DNA of 64,000 nucleotides, taken from assembly GCA_002478275.1 (NCBI GenBank), contig DLMY01000036.1, positions 1 through 64,000 of the forward strand, read 5' to 3'. The notes under the pieces were generated by a model. That model was given only the letters and a program-made list of their open reading frames with translations, searched no databases and was not told the origin of the DNA. The stretch comes from Actinobacteria bacterium UBA7524. Lineage in GTDB: Bacteria > Actinomycetota > Coriobacteriia > Anaerosomatales > UBA912. The translations under genes were made by a program, and so were the position numbers. This document shows positions 10,202 through 19,718 of this stretch, one piece after another; positions within the stretch are counted from its first letter, which is position 1, and each line of letters begins with the position of its first letter.

Positions 10202-10471
10202 CTAACCTCGGATGCCGAGTTTTGCGATCAGAGCACGGTAACGCTCGATGTCGGTCTTCTTGAGGTACGCCAGCAGTCTGCGGCGCTGGCCGACGAGCTT
10301 GAGGAGCCCCCGGCGTGTGTGGTGGTCCTTCTTGTGGGTCTTGAGGTGCTCGGTGAGGTCTTTGATCCGCTTGGTGAGAAGCGCGATCTGTACCTCCGGG
10401 GAGCCGGTGTCGCCCTCGACGCGGGCGTGCTCGGCGATGATCTCGGACTTGACGTCCTTAGGCAACGACAT
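10202..10471 (-). CDS. rpsO: 30S ribosomal protein S15
   Basis: [28 protein letters not shown] at 10471 gives 89 aa. Confidence 0.99.
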   Translation of the reverse strand: MSLPKDVKSEIIAEHARVEGDTGSPEVQIALLTKRIKDLTEHLKTHKKDHHTRRGLLKLVGQRRRLLAYLKKTDIERYRALIAKLGIRG

Positions 10472-10578
10472 ATTCCATTTCACCTTTCGTTCGGATTCGC
10501 CCCGCTCCGGGAGCGGCGTCGGTGTGGTCGCCGGTCTCAGGACGGGGTACGTCAGCACAACCGCTGCACTATATCACA
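10472..10578 (-). promoter_or_regulatory. rpsO promoter (TGTGaTATAGT at 10568-10578) and ~90-nt structured leader
   Basis: Extended -10 element; ccgctc-ccg-gagcgg hairpin in the leader; S15 autoregulatory leaders are known in other bacteria. Confidence 0.55.
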
Positions 10579-10636
10579 TTTCGCCGAGGAATACTCGTCG
10601 TACTTGCTTCGTTCCCCGGTCAGAACAGCCCTGCGG

Positions 10637-10900
10637 TCAACGCAACGCCGTGTAGACGACGTAAGCCATCAACACGAAGACTGCTCCTCCGACAACGACA
10701 GCAGGTCCCGGTAGCGAGCTTGGCGACTCCGGCTGACGGTCGGCTTCGTCGAAGTCGTCGATCAGCGGGCCATCAACCCTCTCCCACCTGGGGTCGTCGG
10801 GTGTGGTCGACTTGCGGGCAAGCTCTTCGGCCTGCTCGAGAGCCCACAGGTCTATGCCGTCTTCCTCCCAGGGGTCGGGAGGCAGCGGGTCATCAGGCAT
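10637..10900 (-). CDS. Small hypothetical protein (87 aa), acidic N-terminus and C-terminal transmembrane helix
   Basis: ATG overlaps the ribF stop (ATGCCTGA); fills the intergenic space; ends AVVVGGAVFVLMAYVVYTALR. Confidence 0.65.
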   Translation of the reverse strand: MPDDPLPPDPWEEDGIDLWALEQAEELARKSTTPDDPRWERVDGPLIDDFDEADRQPESPSSLPGPAVVVGGAVFVLMAYVVYTALR

Positions 10901-11831
10901 CTTGAGCCACACTCTCTGCGCGGACCCGCTCGATGTCTCCTCGGATCGCATCCGTAAGGTCCCGGTCTTCTTCGAAGCGGTCCAGGTCGCGGAGCCGGTC
11001 GAGGAACTCGAGCGTGATGTCGGTCGCGTACAGGTCGCCTTCGAAATCCAGAAGATGCGCCTCGAGTACGTCACGCGCGTCGTCGAAGCTCGGTGGACGG
11101 CCGACGGATATCGCAGCATCGTAGGCGCCTTTCGTCGTGATCGCGCGGCCACGGTAGACGCCGTCTGCAGGCAGGGCGCTATGAGAAGCGGGAGCCACAT
11201 TTGCGGTAGGTATACCGATCGTCGAAGCACCTGCTCCGCGTCCTCGTACCACTCGGCCCGCAACCCGATGGGCCCTTCCCAGAAGCTCGGCCGCCACCGC
11301 CACGTCACCTGCGGCTACGAGCGATCTGATACGTGTCGAAGTGACCGGCTCACCGCTCGCACTGACCAGGTCGTGTGCGACCACCTGGAAACCGTGCTGC
11401 CCCCCGTAAGAGCGGAGAGTGGAGACAGACCCGCTTGCATTCTTGCCGTACCGGAAGTCGTGTCCGATGTGTATCGCGACAGGCACGAACGCTTCGAGGA
11501 CTATGTCATCGAGGAAACGATCGGGCGTCGTGTTCGCCAATCGGGCGCAGAATGGCACGACGACGATCACATCCAGCCCCTGAGCCTCCAGGAAGTGAAG
11601 CTTGTCCTGCAGGGTCAGAAGCTGAGGAGCCGCTCTGTCGGGACTGACGACCTGGTCCGGATCACGGTCGAAGGTCAACACCGCCGAGGAGACGCCAGCC
11701 AGCTTCGCCGCATCGGCTGTCGCGGAGAGCAAAGCCTGGTGCCCGACGTGAACACCATCGAAGACACCCATGGCGATGACGGCCCTTCCGAGCGGGGGCA
11801 TCTCCTGTTCCCAGATGACGGTGCGGCTCAC
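10893..11831 (-). CDS. ribF: Bifunctional riboflavin kinase/FAD synthetase
   Basis: GVFDGVHVGH, GHDFRYG, TSTRIR, GIPTAN, LEAHLLDF. Confidence 0.97.
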   Translation of the reverse strand: MSRTVIWEQEMPPLGRAVIAMGVFDGVHVGHQALLSATADAAKLAGVSSAVLTFDRDPDQVVSPDRAAPQLLTLQDKLHFLEAQGLDVIVVVPFCARLANTTPDRFLDDIVLEAFVPVAIHIGHDFRYGKNASGSVSTLRSYGGQHGFQVVAHDLVSASGEPVTSTRIRSLVAAGDVAVAAELLGRAHRVAGRVVRGRGAGASTIGIPTANVAPASHSALPADGVYRGRAITTKGAYDAAISVGRPPSFDDARDVLEAHLLDFEGDLYATDITLEFLDRLRDLDRFEEDRDLTDAIRGDIERVRAESVAQDA

Positions 11832-12778
11832 CGGGCGGCTCCCAAGGGACGGTCCTGGCCGATCACTACTTCAGGTTTCAGCATAGTTCGCTCCACATTG
11901 TAGACCGCGAGCACGCTGTGTGAATGAACGATCGTGACGGGACCGTCCGTAAGCCGCGCTGGCGGCGCGACGCCGGGAAGGTCGTCAAAGGGGATACTGT
12001 TGCCGGTCGACACCTTGGTAGCAGTTGCCGCGTCAACCTCGATCACGGGCAGACCGAGCGCTTTGACCGGATCGGTGAACCGCTCAGCTATCCCCTGCTG
12101 TGCGGATTCAAGCTCCTCGAGGGTGTGTGCCTCGTCGAGTCTGCAGGATCCAGACGCTGTTCTGCGGAGAGCGGACAGGTGCGCAGTGGTTCCGAGGCTG
12201 GATCCGAGGTCGCGGGCGATCGCTCTGATGTACGTCCCCTTCGAGACGGCGAGTTCTACAGTCCATTGCACCGGTGGCCCCGGATCGACCGATTCGAGAC
12301 ATGCCTCGTAGATCTCAATCTCGCGCGCGGACAGGGGCAAGGACCTGCCCGACCGGGCCTCCCGGTGTGCGACGCGGCCAGCGCTCTTGATCGCCGAGAA
12401 TGCAGGAGGAATCTGATCGCGTATACCACGAAGCGCTGCGACGGTCCGTGTCGCCTCTGAGAACTCTGCGATGACCGGCGGCACGGTAGTGGTTGCGATC
12501 ACCTCACCGTCCGCGTCGTCGGTTTCGGTGGCGGTTCCGAAGGTGATCCGGGCACGGTATGTCTTGGTTGACGCGGACAAGTAGGGAGCGAGCCTCGTCG
12601 CGGGCCCTACGAGAACCACGAGAAGCCCGGTGGCCATGGGATCCAGTGTCCCGGCGTGGCCGACCCTACCCTCGCCAGTCAGTCTCCTGATACGAGAGAC
12701 GACGTCATGGCTGGTCATGCCGCCGGGCTTGTCCACGAGCAGGATTCCGCACAGAGTCGTCGCCCCGCGATTCTTCAC
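11828..12778 (-). CDS. truB: tRNA pseudouridine(55) synthase
   Basis: DKPGGMTSHDVV, VGHAGTLDPMATG, SKGTYIR. Confidence 0.98.
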   Translation of the reverse strand: MKNRGATTLCGILLVDKPGGMTSHDVVSRIRRLTGEGRVGHAGTLDPMATGLLVVLVGPATRLAPYLSASTKTYRARITFGTATETDDADGEVIATTTVPPVIAEFSEATRTVAALRGIRDQIPPAFSAIKSAGRVAHREARSGRSLPLSAREIEIYEACLESVDPGPPVQWTVELAVSKGTYIRAIARDLGSSLGTTAHLSALRRTASGSCRLDEAHTLEELESAQQGIAERFTDPVKALGLPVIEVDAATATKVSTGNSIPFDDLPGVAPPARLTDGPVTIVHSHSVLAVYNVERTMLKPEVVIGQDRPLGAAR

Positions 12779-13743
12779 TGCGAGTCGGCTCCCGGAAGCA
12801 TAGGTAGTAGATCTCGGAGAGCCGCCTCGTGATCGCCCTGGAACGTGAGACCCGCTGCAGCAGCGTGTCCGCCTCCTTCGAAGCGCCGTGCGACCGCACC
12901 GACGTCGAAGCCCGTCTTCGCCCGCAGGTTGACCCGCGTTTCAGTACCTGAGACGCGGAACAGAAGGGCGACGTCGACTCCTTCGATCTGGCGGACGACG
13001 TCAGGGAGTCTTTCCGTGTTCTCCTGTGACATGCCGGCATGGAGGAGGTCCTCGGCCGTATACCAGGAGTATGCGACCCTTCCGCCATTGGCCAGTGTGA
13101 GGCGCTTTAGAACCAGGGCTTCGAGGTACAGTTCTTCTGCAGAACGCTCCTGGTAGATGAGCCGAGAGGCCTCTGCAGCATCCACTCCGGCCTCCAACAT
13201 GTCAGCGGCGGCGCTAAGGGTGTCCGCTGTTGTGTTCTGGTACGCGAATCTGCCGGTGTCGGTCATCAGGGCGACGTAACAGCACAGGGCGAACTCGGGA
13301 GAGGGAGCGATCTCAAGACGCTGGGCGAGATGCCATATCAGTTGACCTGTTGCCGCAGCCCGTGTGTCGACGACGTTGACGGTGCCGAATTCCTTGTTGT
13401 CAGGATGGTGGTCGACCACGATCACCGTCTCGCTTGCGCGCGCCATTCCCTCAGCGTCGCCGAGCCTGGCGAAATCAGGAGTATCCAGGGCGAGGAAGAC
13501 CTCAGGCTGGTCCAGGTCTTTGAGCGGAACATAGAGACCGAAGCCGGGCAGGAAGGAGTAGAGTCTCGGAGGGGGCTCATCGTCGGCAAGCGTCGGCACC
13601 GCCGGTATTCCCGCCTGACGCAAAGCGAGGGTCGCCGCGAGCGTTGAGCCGATCGCATCCCCGTCAGGTCGGACGTGCGCGCAAACGACGACGGAGGCGG
13701 CATGTCGCAGATGAACCGCCGCGCGATGGAACGGTGTGCTCAC
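12775..13743 (-). CDS. nrnA: DHH/DHHA1 oligoribonuclease/PAP phosphatase
   Basis: HVRPDGDAIGS, VDHH, TDTGRF, GGGHAAAAG. Confidence 0.92.
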   Translation of the reverse strand: MSTPFHRAAVHLRHAASVVVCAHVRPDGDAIGSTLAATLALRQAGIPAVPTLADDEPPPRLYSFLPGFGLYVPLKDLDQPEVFLALDTPDFARLGDAEGMARASETVIVVDHHPDNKEFGTVNVVDTRAAATGQLIWHLAQRLEIAPSPEFALCCYVALMTDTGRFAYQNTTADTLSAAADMLEAGVDAAEASRLIYQERSAEELYLEALVLKRLTLANGGRVAYSWYTAEDLLHAGMSQENTERLPDVVRQIEGVDVALLFRVSGTETRVNLRAKTGFDVGAVARRFEGGGHAAAAGLTFQGDHEAALRDLLPMLPGADSQ

Positions 13744-13760
13744 GGTCTCCTCCGCTGTCT

Positions 13761-14180
13761 CTATCCGTTCAGATCGATGTCGCTCACATCCGCGTCCGAA
13801 CCGGGATCACCTTCGACGGTACCGGGCTCGGCCAGCGTCGGAGGCACATCTTTGAGCGCTTCGGAGATGCGCATCCCATGGTCGACGCTCTCGTCGATGA
13901 AGAACCGAAGCTCCGGAGTGAGTCGCAGCTTAACGCGCTTTCCGAGGAGAGACCGTATGCGCCCCTTCGCTGACTCCAGGCCGGCCAGAACCTCTGCATA
14001 GCGGTCCTGCTCGCCATGAGCGGTGACGTAAACGTTCGCTGTCGTAAGGTCAGGAGCGACATTGACGCCCGTGATGGTCACGAGATCGAGACGAGGGTCG
14101 GATATCTCGTCGAGCAGTATCGACGCGATGGCCTCTCTGGCCGTCTCATTGATCTTGCGGGTCCTCGGGGTCTGCTTCAT
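13761..14180 (-). CDS. rbfA: 30S ribosome-binding factor A
   Basis: DPRL, LRLTPELRFFIDES; directly after infB. Confidence 0.96.
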   Translation of the reverse strand: MKQTPRTRKINETAREAIASILLDEISDPRLDLVTITGVNVAPDLTTANVYVTAHGEQDRYAEVLAGLESAKGRIRSLLGKRVKLRLTPELRFFIDESVDHGMRISEALKDVPPTLAEPGTVEGDPGSDADVSDIDLNG

Positions 14181-14190
14181 CGCAGGAACC

Positions 14191-16632
14191 TTATGACTCT
14201 CGGGCGACTTCGATGGTCTTGAAGGCCTCGATCACGTCGCCCTCCTTGAGGTCCTGGAAGCCCTCGATGCTGACGCCGCACTCGTAGCCCGAACGGACCG
14301 ACTTCACATCCTCTTTGAAGCGCCTCAGCGAGCCGATCTGTCCTTCGTAGATGACCGTGCCGTCACGAACGACGCGGACCTGGTCGTCACGATGGATCTC
14401 GCCGTCAAGCACGTACGATCCTGCGATCACGCCGACCTTGGGTACGCGGAAGAGCTCGCGAACCTCGACCCGTGCCGTGTCCTCCTCCACGAAATCGGGA
14501 GCGAGCATGCCGACACGCGCAGCATTGATGTCCTCGATAGCCTGGTAGATGACCCGGTACAGGCGGATGTCGACGTTCTCCTTCTCGGCCACCGTCTTCG
14601 CCTTGGGTTCTGGACGGACGTTGAAGCCGATGATGATCGCATCGGAGGCGTCGGCGAGCATCACATCGGTCTCGGTGATGGCGCCGACTGCGGAGTGGAT
14701 GACGTTTATGCGCACTTCGGACTGGTCCATCTTGTCCAGCGCGTCTTTGAGAGCCTCGATGGATCCCTGGACATCTGCTTTGACGACGAGGTTGAGGTCC
14801 TTCAGCTCGCCCTCCTGGATGCGTGCGAACAGGTCGTCGAGTGAGACGTGGACCTTCTTCTCCTGGGCGAGAAGGCGCTGCTTGAGTGCGCGCTCCTCGG
14901 CCAAGGCGCGAGCATCGCGTTCGTCCGCGAAGACCCTGAACTCGTCTCCGGCCGATGGAACGCTTCCGAGGCCCTGGATCTCGACCGGGTCAGCCGGTCC
15001 GGCGGATTCGACAGCCTTGCCCAACGGGTCGAGCAGGGCACGCACTCGCCCGTGGCTGGTTCCTGCGACCAGGGAATCACTGACACGGAGCGTTCCTCGC
15101 TGGATGAGGACGGTTGCCACCGGCCCACGTCCGCGATCCAGTTTCGCTTCGATGACCACACCGCTCGCAGGTGCGTCGGGGTTCGCCTTGAGGTCCTCGA
15201 CCTCTGCGACGAGGAGGATGGTTTCAAGGAGGTCGTCGATGTTGATCCGCTGCTTGGCGGATACGTTGACGAAGATGTTGCTGCCGCCCCATTCCTCGGG
15301 CACGATGTCGTGCTCTGTGAGCATCTGACGTACCTGCTCGGGGTTCGCCCCCTCCTTGTCGATCTTGTTCACGGCGATGATGATCGGTACGCCGGCGGCC
15401 TTGGCATGATGGATCGCCTCGACCGTCTGCGGCATGACTCCGTCGTCGGCCGCGACCACGAGCACGGCGACGTCGGTGACCTTGGCGCCCCTTGCCCGCA
15501 TCGCGGTGAACGCCTCGTGACCGGGCGTATCGATGAAGGTTATCTGCTTCCCGCCGTGAGTGACGACCGAGGCGCCGATGTGCTGCGTGATGCCACCGGC
15601 CTCTGTTTCGGCGACACCCGTCTCCCTGATGGCGTCGAGTAGCGAGGTCTTCCCGTGATCCACGTGGCCCATGACTGTGACAACCGGAGGGCGGAACTTG
15701 AGATCTTCCGGGGCGTCTTCGAAGACGAAGCCCGTTTCTTCTTCGGGGGAGATGATCTCTACCTTACGCCCCAGGTCGTCGGCGATGATCTCGACGATAT
15801 CGCGCATCATCGGCTGGTTGACCGTCAGCATGCTGCCAAGCAACATCAGACGCTTGATGATCTCGTTGGGAGGCAGCCCCAAAGCATCCGCAAGCTCGCC
15901 GACGGTGACCCCTTCCGTTACGACGACCGTGTCCTCGTCGGCCGATGGCGTCACGCTTGCGGCAGCCGCGCCGCCTTCGTCTGCCACGGCATCCTGGGCA
16001 CGCTTCTCCTTCTTCTTCTTGCGCTTGCCCGTGTCGGACTGTGCTGCGGCGACGGCGGCCTTCGCTTCTTCTATGACCTTCTGTCGCGCCTGGTCGGACT
16101 GAGTGACGACTGCGGCCTGCTTCGCCATCTCGCGATATCGGTCGGCCTCGGCCTTCTCAAGCGCTGCCGCTTCTGCGGCCTCTTGTTCCGCTCTTTGAGC
16201 GGCTTCTGCGGCCAGGCGGACTTCCTCCGCCTTGGCAGCAGCTTCAGCCTCGGCACGCTCGCGCTGTTCGGCCTCAAGTCGAGCTGTCTCCGCTTCGCGC
16301 TCGGCTCGCTCGGCCGCTTCAGCAGCTTCTCTACGAGCGCGTTCCTCGGCTTCTCTACGAGCGCGTTCCTCTGCGTCGGCTTTCGCAGCCGCCTCCGCTG
16401 CCTCGCGCTCTTTGCGTTCCTTGGCCTCCTGCTTCGCGCGTGCGGCCTCGAGTTCAGCCTGGCGCTCAGCAATGACCGGTCCGAGGTCCTTGCGGATCTT
16501 GTCCACATAGGCTTCCACGAGGGTGGAAGCGTGTCCCTTTGCCGGGATCTTGAGTCTGGTGAGGTGTTCGAGCAGCTCTTTCGAGGTCATACCGAACTCT
16601 TTGGCCAGCTCATGGACTCGCATGCTGGGCAT
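14191..16632 (-). CDS. infB: Translation initiation factor IF-2
   Basis: RVHELAKE N-terminus, [18 protein letters not shown]. Confidence 0.99.
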   Translation of the reverse strand: MPSMRVHELAKEFGMTSKELLEHLTRLKIPAKGHASTLVEAYVDKIRKDLGPVIAERQAELEAARAKQEAKERKEREAAEAAAKADAEERARREAEERARREAAEAAERAEREAETARLEAEQRERAEAEAAAKAEEVRLAAEAAQRAEQEAAEAAALEKAEADRYREMAKQAAVVTQSDQARQKVIEEAKAAVAAAQSDTGKRKKKKEKRAQDAVADEGGAAAASVTPSADEDTVVVTEGVTVGELADALGLPPNEIIKRLMLLGSMLTVNQPMMRDIVEIIADDLGRKVEIISPEEETGFVFEDAPEDLKFRPPVVTVMGHVDHGKTSLLDAIRETGVAETEAGGITQHIGASVVTHGGKQITFIDTPGHEAFTAMRARGAKVTDVAVLVVAADDGVMPQTVEAIHHAKAAGVPIIIAVNKIDKEGANPEQVRQMLTEHDIVPEEWGGSNIFVNVSAKQRINIDDLLETILLVAEVEDLKANPDAPASGVVIEAKLDRGRGPVATVLIQRGTLRVSDSLVAGTSHGRVRALLDPLGKAVESAGPADPVEIQGLGSVPSAGDEFRVFADERDARALAEERALKQRLLAQEKKVHVSLDDLFARIQEGELKDLNLVVKADVQGSIEALKDALDKMDQSEVRINVIHSAVGAITETDVMLADASDAIIIGFNVRPEPKAKTVAEKENVDIRLYRVIYQAIEDINAARVGMLAPDFVEEDTARVEVRELFRVPKVGVIAGSYVLDGEIHRDDQVRVVRDGTVIYEGQIGSLRRFKEDVKSVRSGYECGVSIEGFQDLKEGDVIEAFKTIEVARES
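16325..16371. repeat. Two-copy 24-bp tandem duplication within infB (EERARREA x2)
   Basis: gcttctctacgagcgcgttcctc repeated exactly at 16325 and 16349. Confidence 0.85.
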
Positions 16633-16641
16633 TAGTACGCG

Positions 16642-16944
16642 TCACCGTCCTTGTGGCGAGACCTCGCAAGCGCTGATCGCGCTCGCGAATTCCCTGCGTA
16701 GTCTGTCGATATCGTCGTCTTTCAGTTGCACCCGCAATGCGGGATCCAGTCTCCGGCGTGATACCGCTTCGTCCATACACGATTGTCGCGCACACAGGTA
16801 CGCTCCGCGCCCGTTCATGCGACCGGTCGCGTCGACCAGCACGTAACCCTCGGGTGTTCTGGCGATGCGTACGAACGTCCGCTTGTCGGAGGTTGTGCGG
16901 CAAGCGATACAGGTACGTTCTGGTGTCTTGCGGCCATGCGTCAC
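16642..16944 (-). CDS. ylxR: YlxR (RnpM) family RNA-binding protein
   Basis: PERTCIACR, GRGAYLC; GTG overlaps the nusA stop. Confidence 0.93.
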   Translation of the reverse strand: MTHGRKTPERTCIACRTTSDKRTFVRIARTPEGYVLVDATGRMNGRGAYLCARQSCMDEAVSRRRLDPALRVQLKDDDIDRLRREFASAISACEVSPQGR

Positions 16945-18086
16945 GAAGCGGGTGCCTCCTTGGCGTGTATGCGGCAGTAGACGGTCCCGGGAACCGCCTT
17001 GTTCCTGCATCGCAGACCTGAAGAGGTGATGGCGACGCACCTGCCGTCGTACTCCTCGTCCTGCCCGCCATCCTCGCCCGCGATCGAAGTGGTCGCCATT
17101 CCGGAGTCAGCGGCCTGTGACTGACTCTTGATGTCGATACGCCATCCCGTCAGCTTGGCAGCGAGGCGCGCATTCTGGCCTTCCTTGCCGATGGCAAGGG
17201 AAAGTTGGTCGTCCGGGACGATCACGGTAGCGGTATGACTGTCCTCATCGGCTATGACGCGGGTGACCTTGGCGGGTGACAGCGCGTTCGCGACGTACGT
17301 GGAGGGTTCCTCCGACCAGGGGACGACGTCGATGCGTTCGCCACGCAGCTCGCTGACGATCATGCGGACGCGAGAGCCCTTGGGGCCGACGCATGCGCCG
17401 ACCGGATCGAGCCCGGACTCGCGGCTGGAGACCGCAACCTTGCTGCGCATGCCGGGCTCGCGTGCGACGCTCTTGATCTCAACGATGCCGTCGTAGATCT
17501 CAGGCACTTCCAGTTCGAAGAGCCTCCGGATCAGACCCGGATGCGTTCTCGATACGACGATCGAGGGTTCGGTCGTCGTCTTGCGGACCTCGATGATGTA
17601 GGCCTTGATCCGCTGGTTGTGATCGTAGCGCTCGGTATGCGGCTGTTCGCTGGGGGGAAGAAGCGCCTCGACTCCTTCCCGCAGCTTGATGAGGGTGTAC
17701 CGCGAGTCAGACTGCTGCACGGTGCCGGTGACGCTCTCCCCCACCCTGTCGGAGTACTCGTCGTAGATGCGGTCCCTCTCGGCATCCCGGATCGAGCTCA
17801 TGATCACGTTCTTCGCGGCCTGGGCCGCGATGCGCGAGACGTCCTTGGGCGTGATGTCGTGTTCTTCGAAGAGGGGCTCTTCCTCGGTTCCGCCCACAGG
17901 GATCAGCTCGTAGACGTAGATTCTGCCGGTATCACGGTCGAGTACGACTCTCGTGTCGTTCTCCAGGTCCATGATGCGCCTGTACGTCGCCGCAAGCTGC
18001 TGTTCCAGCTTATCGAGCATCTCGTATTCGTCGATGTTCTTTTCGCGGGCAAGCGCGGTGAGCGCGTCCATCAGTTCGGAGCTCAT
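16941..18086 (-). CDS. nusA: Transcription factor NusA with C-terminal CCCH zinc-finger extension
   Basis: RIAAQAAK, S1/KH domains, [42 protein letters not shown]. Confidence 0.98.
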   Translation of the reverse strand: MSSELMDALTALAREKNIDEYEMLDKLEQQLAATYRRIMDLENDTRVVLDRDTGRIYVYELIPVGGTEEEPLFEEHDITPKDVSRIAAQAAKNVIMSSIRDAERDRIYDEYSDRVGESVTGTVQQSDSRYTLIKLREGVEALLPPSEQPHTERYDHNQRIKAYIIEVRKTTTEPSIVVSRTHPGLIRRLFELEVPEIYDGIVEIKSVAREPGMRSKVAVSSRESGLDPVGACVGPKGSRVRMIVSELRGERIDVVPWSEEPSTYVANALSPAKVTRVIADEDSHTATVIVPDDQLSLAIGKEGQNARLAAKLTGWRIDIKSQSQAADSGMATTSIAGEDGGQDEEYDGRCVAITSSGLRCRNKAVPGTVYCRIHAKEAPAS

Positions 18087-18087
18087 C

Positions 18088-18570
18088 TCAGTCTCCCGTT
18101 CCTTTCTTCCCGAAGTCCACAGTGCCCTTCAGGCGAGCCTTCGTGATGGCCCGGTATGGGATGCGGACGGATTCGTTATCCACGTCGAGCATGATGGTGT
18201 CATCATCGACCGCGACTATCGTCCCTGTGAACGAAGCGCGCCCTTCGATAGGTGTCGTCTTGAGGCTTGCGACATGACCTTCGAATCGCTTGAAATCCGT
18301 GAGCCTGGTCAAGGGTCTGTCTACACCTGGAGAGCTGACCTCGAGCGTGTAGGGACCATTCACCGGATCCTGGGCGTCGAGCGCCTCAGCGATCCACCGG
18401 TTGGCGGCGACTATGGCCTCCAGGTCGACACCGCCATCCCTGTCCAGGAACACCCTGATGAGGGGTGCGCCGGATGCACCGGCGGTCTCGACCGCGACGA
18501 GTTCGAAGCCTTCACGCTCCGCCAAGGGAGCCAGAAGCGCCTCGATCCGTTCGTGGAGCGGAGCCTGCAT
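18088..18570 (-). CDS. rimP: Ribosome maturation factor RimP
   Basis: YTLEVSSPGVDRPL; AGGAGG RBS before ATG 18570. Confidence 0.96.
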   Translation of the reverse strand: MQAPLHERIEALLAPLAEREGFELVAVETAGASGAPLIRVFLDRDGGVDLEAIVAANRWIAEALDAQDPVNGPYTLEVSSPGVDRPLTRLTDFKRFEGHVASLKTTPIEGRASFTGTIVAVDDDTIMLDVDNESVRIPYRAITKARLKGTVDFGKKGTGD

Positions 18571-18594
18571 CGCCGGTCGACCTCCTTCCAGAAC

Positions 18595-18664
18595 AAAAGA
18601 AGCGGACGGCTCGCCCACTTCTCGCAAGTACGACAGATTCACCTACAGGTGCGATTCTAACACA
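18595..18664 (-). promoter_or_regulatory. rimP-nusA-infB operon promoter (TGTGtTAGAAT) and leader terminator/attenuator hairpin (18595-18622)
   Basis: agaagtgggcg-agc-cgtccgcttct-TTT hairpin, resembling the conserved GTGGG...CCCAC rimP leader. Confidence 0.7.
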
Positions 18665-18698
18665 GCGTTTCAGGTGGTGAAAGGCTACATACGGTTGC

Positions 18699-19718
18699 CT
18701 ACATACGATCGATGATGTAACCGCGATACTCACACAGCAGAGCATCAAGCTCTGAGTATGTGCAGATACCGTTGACTCGCTCCCGGACGTGAGTGGCACC
18801 AGGCATTCCGGTGACGTACCAGGCGACATGCTTTCGCATCCTGACTACCGCGCACTCGCCACCGAACTCCACAAGCGCTGCCGCATGCACCCGGGCCATG
18901 TCGATCCGTTCGACAGCGGTCGGAGGGTCGATGACCTGCTGCCGGTCGATAAGTGCTCGTGCTTCCCGGAAGATCCAGGGATTGCCCCGCGCGCCTCGGG
19001 CGACCATGACACCATCGACGCCGGTGTCTCTGAGCATCTCAGCTGCATCTGACGCACTGAACACATCGCCGCTACCCACGACAGGAACCTCGACCGAGGC
19101 CTTGACCGCCGCGATGACGGAGCGGTCCGCGGTACCGCGGTAGAATTGGTCACGCGTGCGTGCATGGACCGTCATAGCAGCAGCTCCCGCGTCCTGCATC
19201 GCCTGTGCGAACTCTACCGCGTTGACCTCACCCTGTGACCAGCCTGAACGGAACTTCACCGTGACGGGAATGTCGCACGAGTCAGCGACCGCTGCGACGA
19301 TGCGCGCAGCGCGCGAGGAATCGCGCATGAGCGCTGCACCCTCGCCCTTGTTCACGACCTTGGTGACCGGGCAACCCATGTTGATATCGATGAGCGCGAC
19401 GTTCTCTCCGTGCCGCTCAAGGATGACGGCAGCCTGGGTTGCCATGATGTCAGGTTCAGAACCGAAGATCTGAACGGCGCAAGGGACCTCCTCGGCATCG
19501 AAGGTCAGCAGTGCGCGGGAGATGCGAGAGTCAGGACTGTAGCGCAGACCCGTGGCGCTCACCATCTCGGTGCAGGTCAGACCCGCGCCCATCTGCTTGC
19601 AGATGCCTCGAAAGGGAGCTTCTGTGATGCCGGCCATAGGGCCCAGGATGACATTCCCGGAGGCCAGGATGTCCCGGACGGCGTCAGAATGGCGCCGCTG
19701 ATCGCCCGTGATCAACAC
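18699..19718 (-). CDS. dusB: tRNA dihydrouridine synthase
   Basis: PMAGIT, VQIFGS, IDINMGCP, VTVKFRSGW, HARTR, GNPWIF. Confidence 0.96.
   Translation of the reverse strand: MLITGDQRRHSDAVRDILASGNVILGPMAGITEAPFRGICKQMGAGLTCTEMVSATGLRYSPDSRISRALLTFDAEEVPCAVQIFGSEPDIMATQAAVILERHGENVALIDINMGCPVTKVVNKGEGAALMRDSSRAARIVAAVADSCDIPVTVKFRSGWSQGEVNAVEFAQAMQDAGAAAMTVHARTRDQFYRGTADRSVIAAVKASVEVPVVGSGDVFSASDAAEMLRDTGVDGVMVARGARGNPWIFREARALIDRQQVIDPPTAVERIDMARVHAAALVEFGGECAVVRMRKHVAWYVTGMPGATHVRERVNGICTYSELDALLCEYRGYIIDRM

Noticed and set aside
8127..10205. 692-aa plus-strand ORF and many other long plus-strand ORFs (e.g. 623-1672, 53763-55145, 45811-46959)
   Set aside because: Antisense shadows of real high-GC genes; no recognisable motifs.
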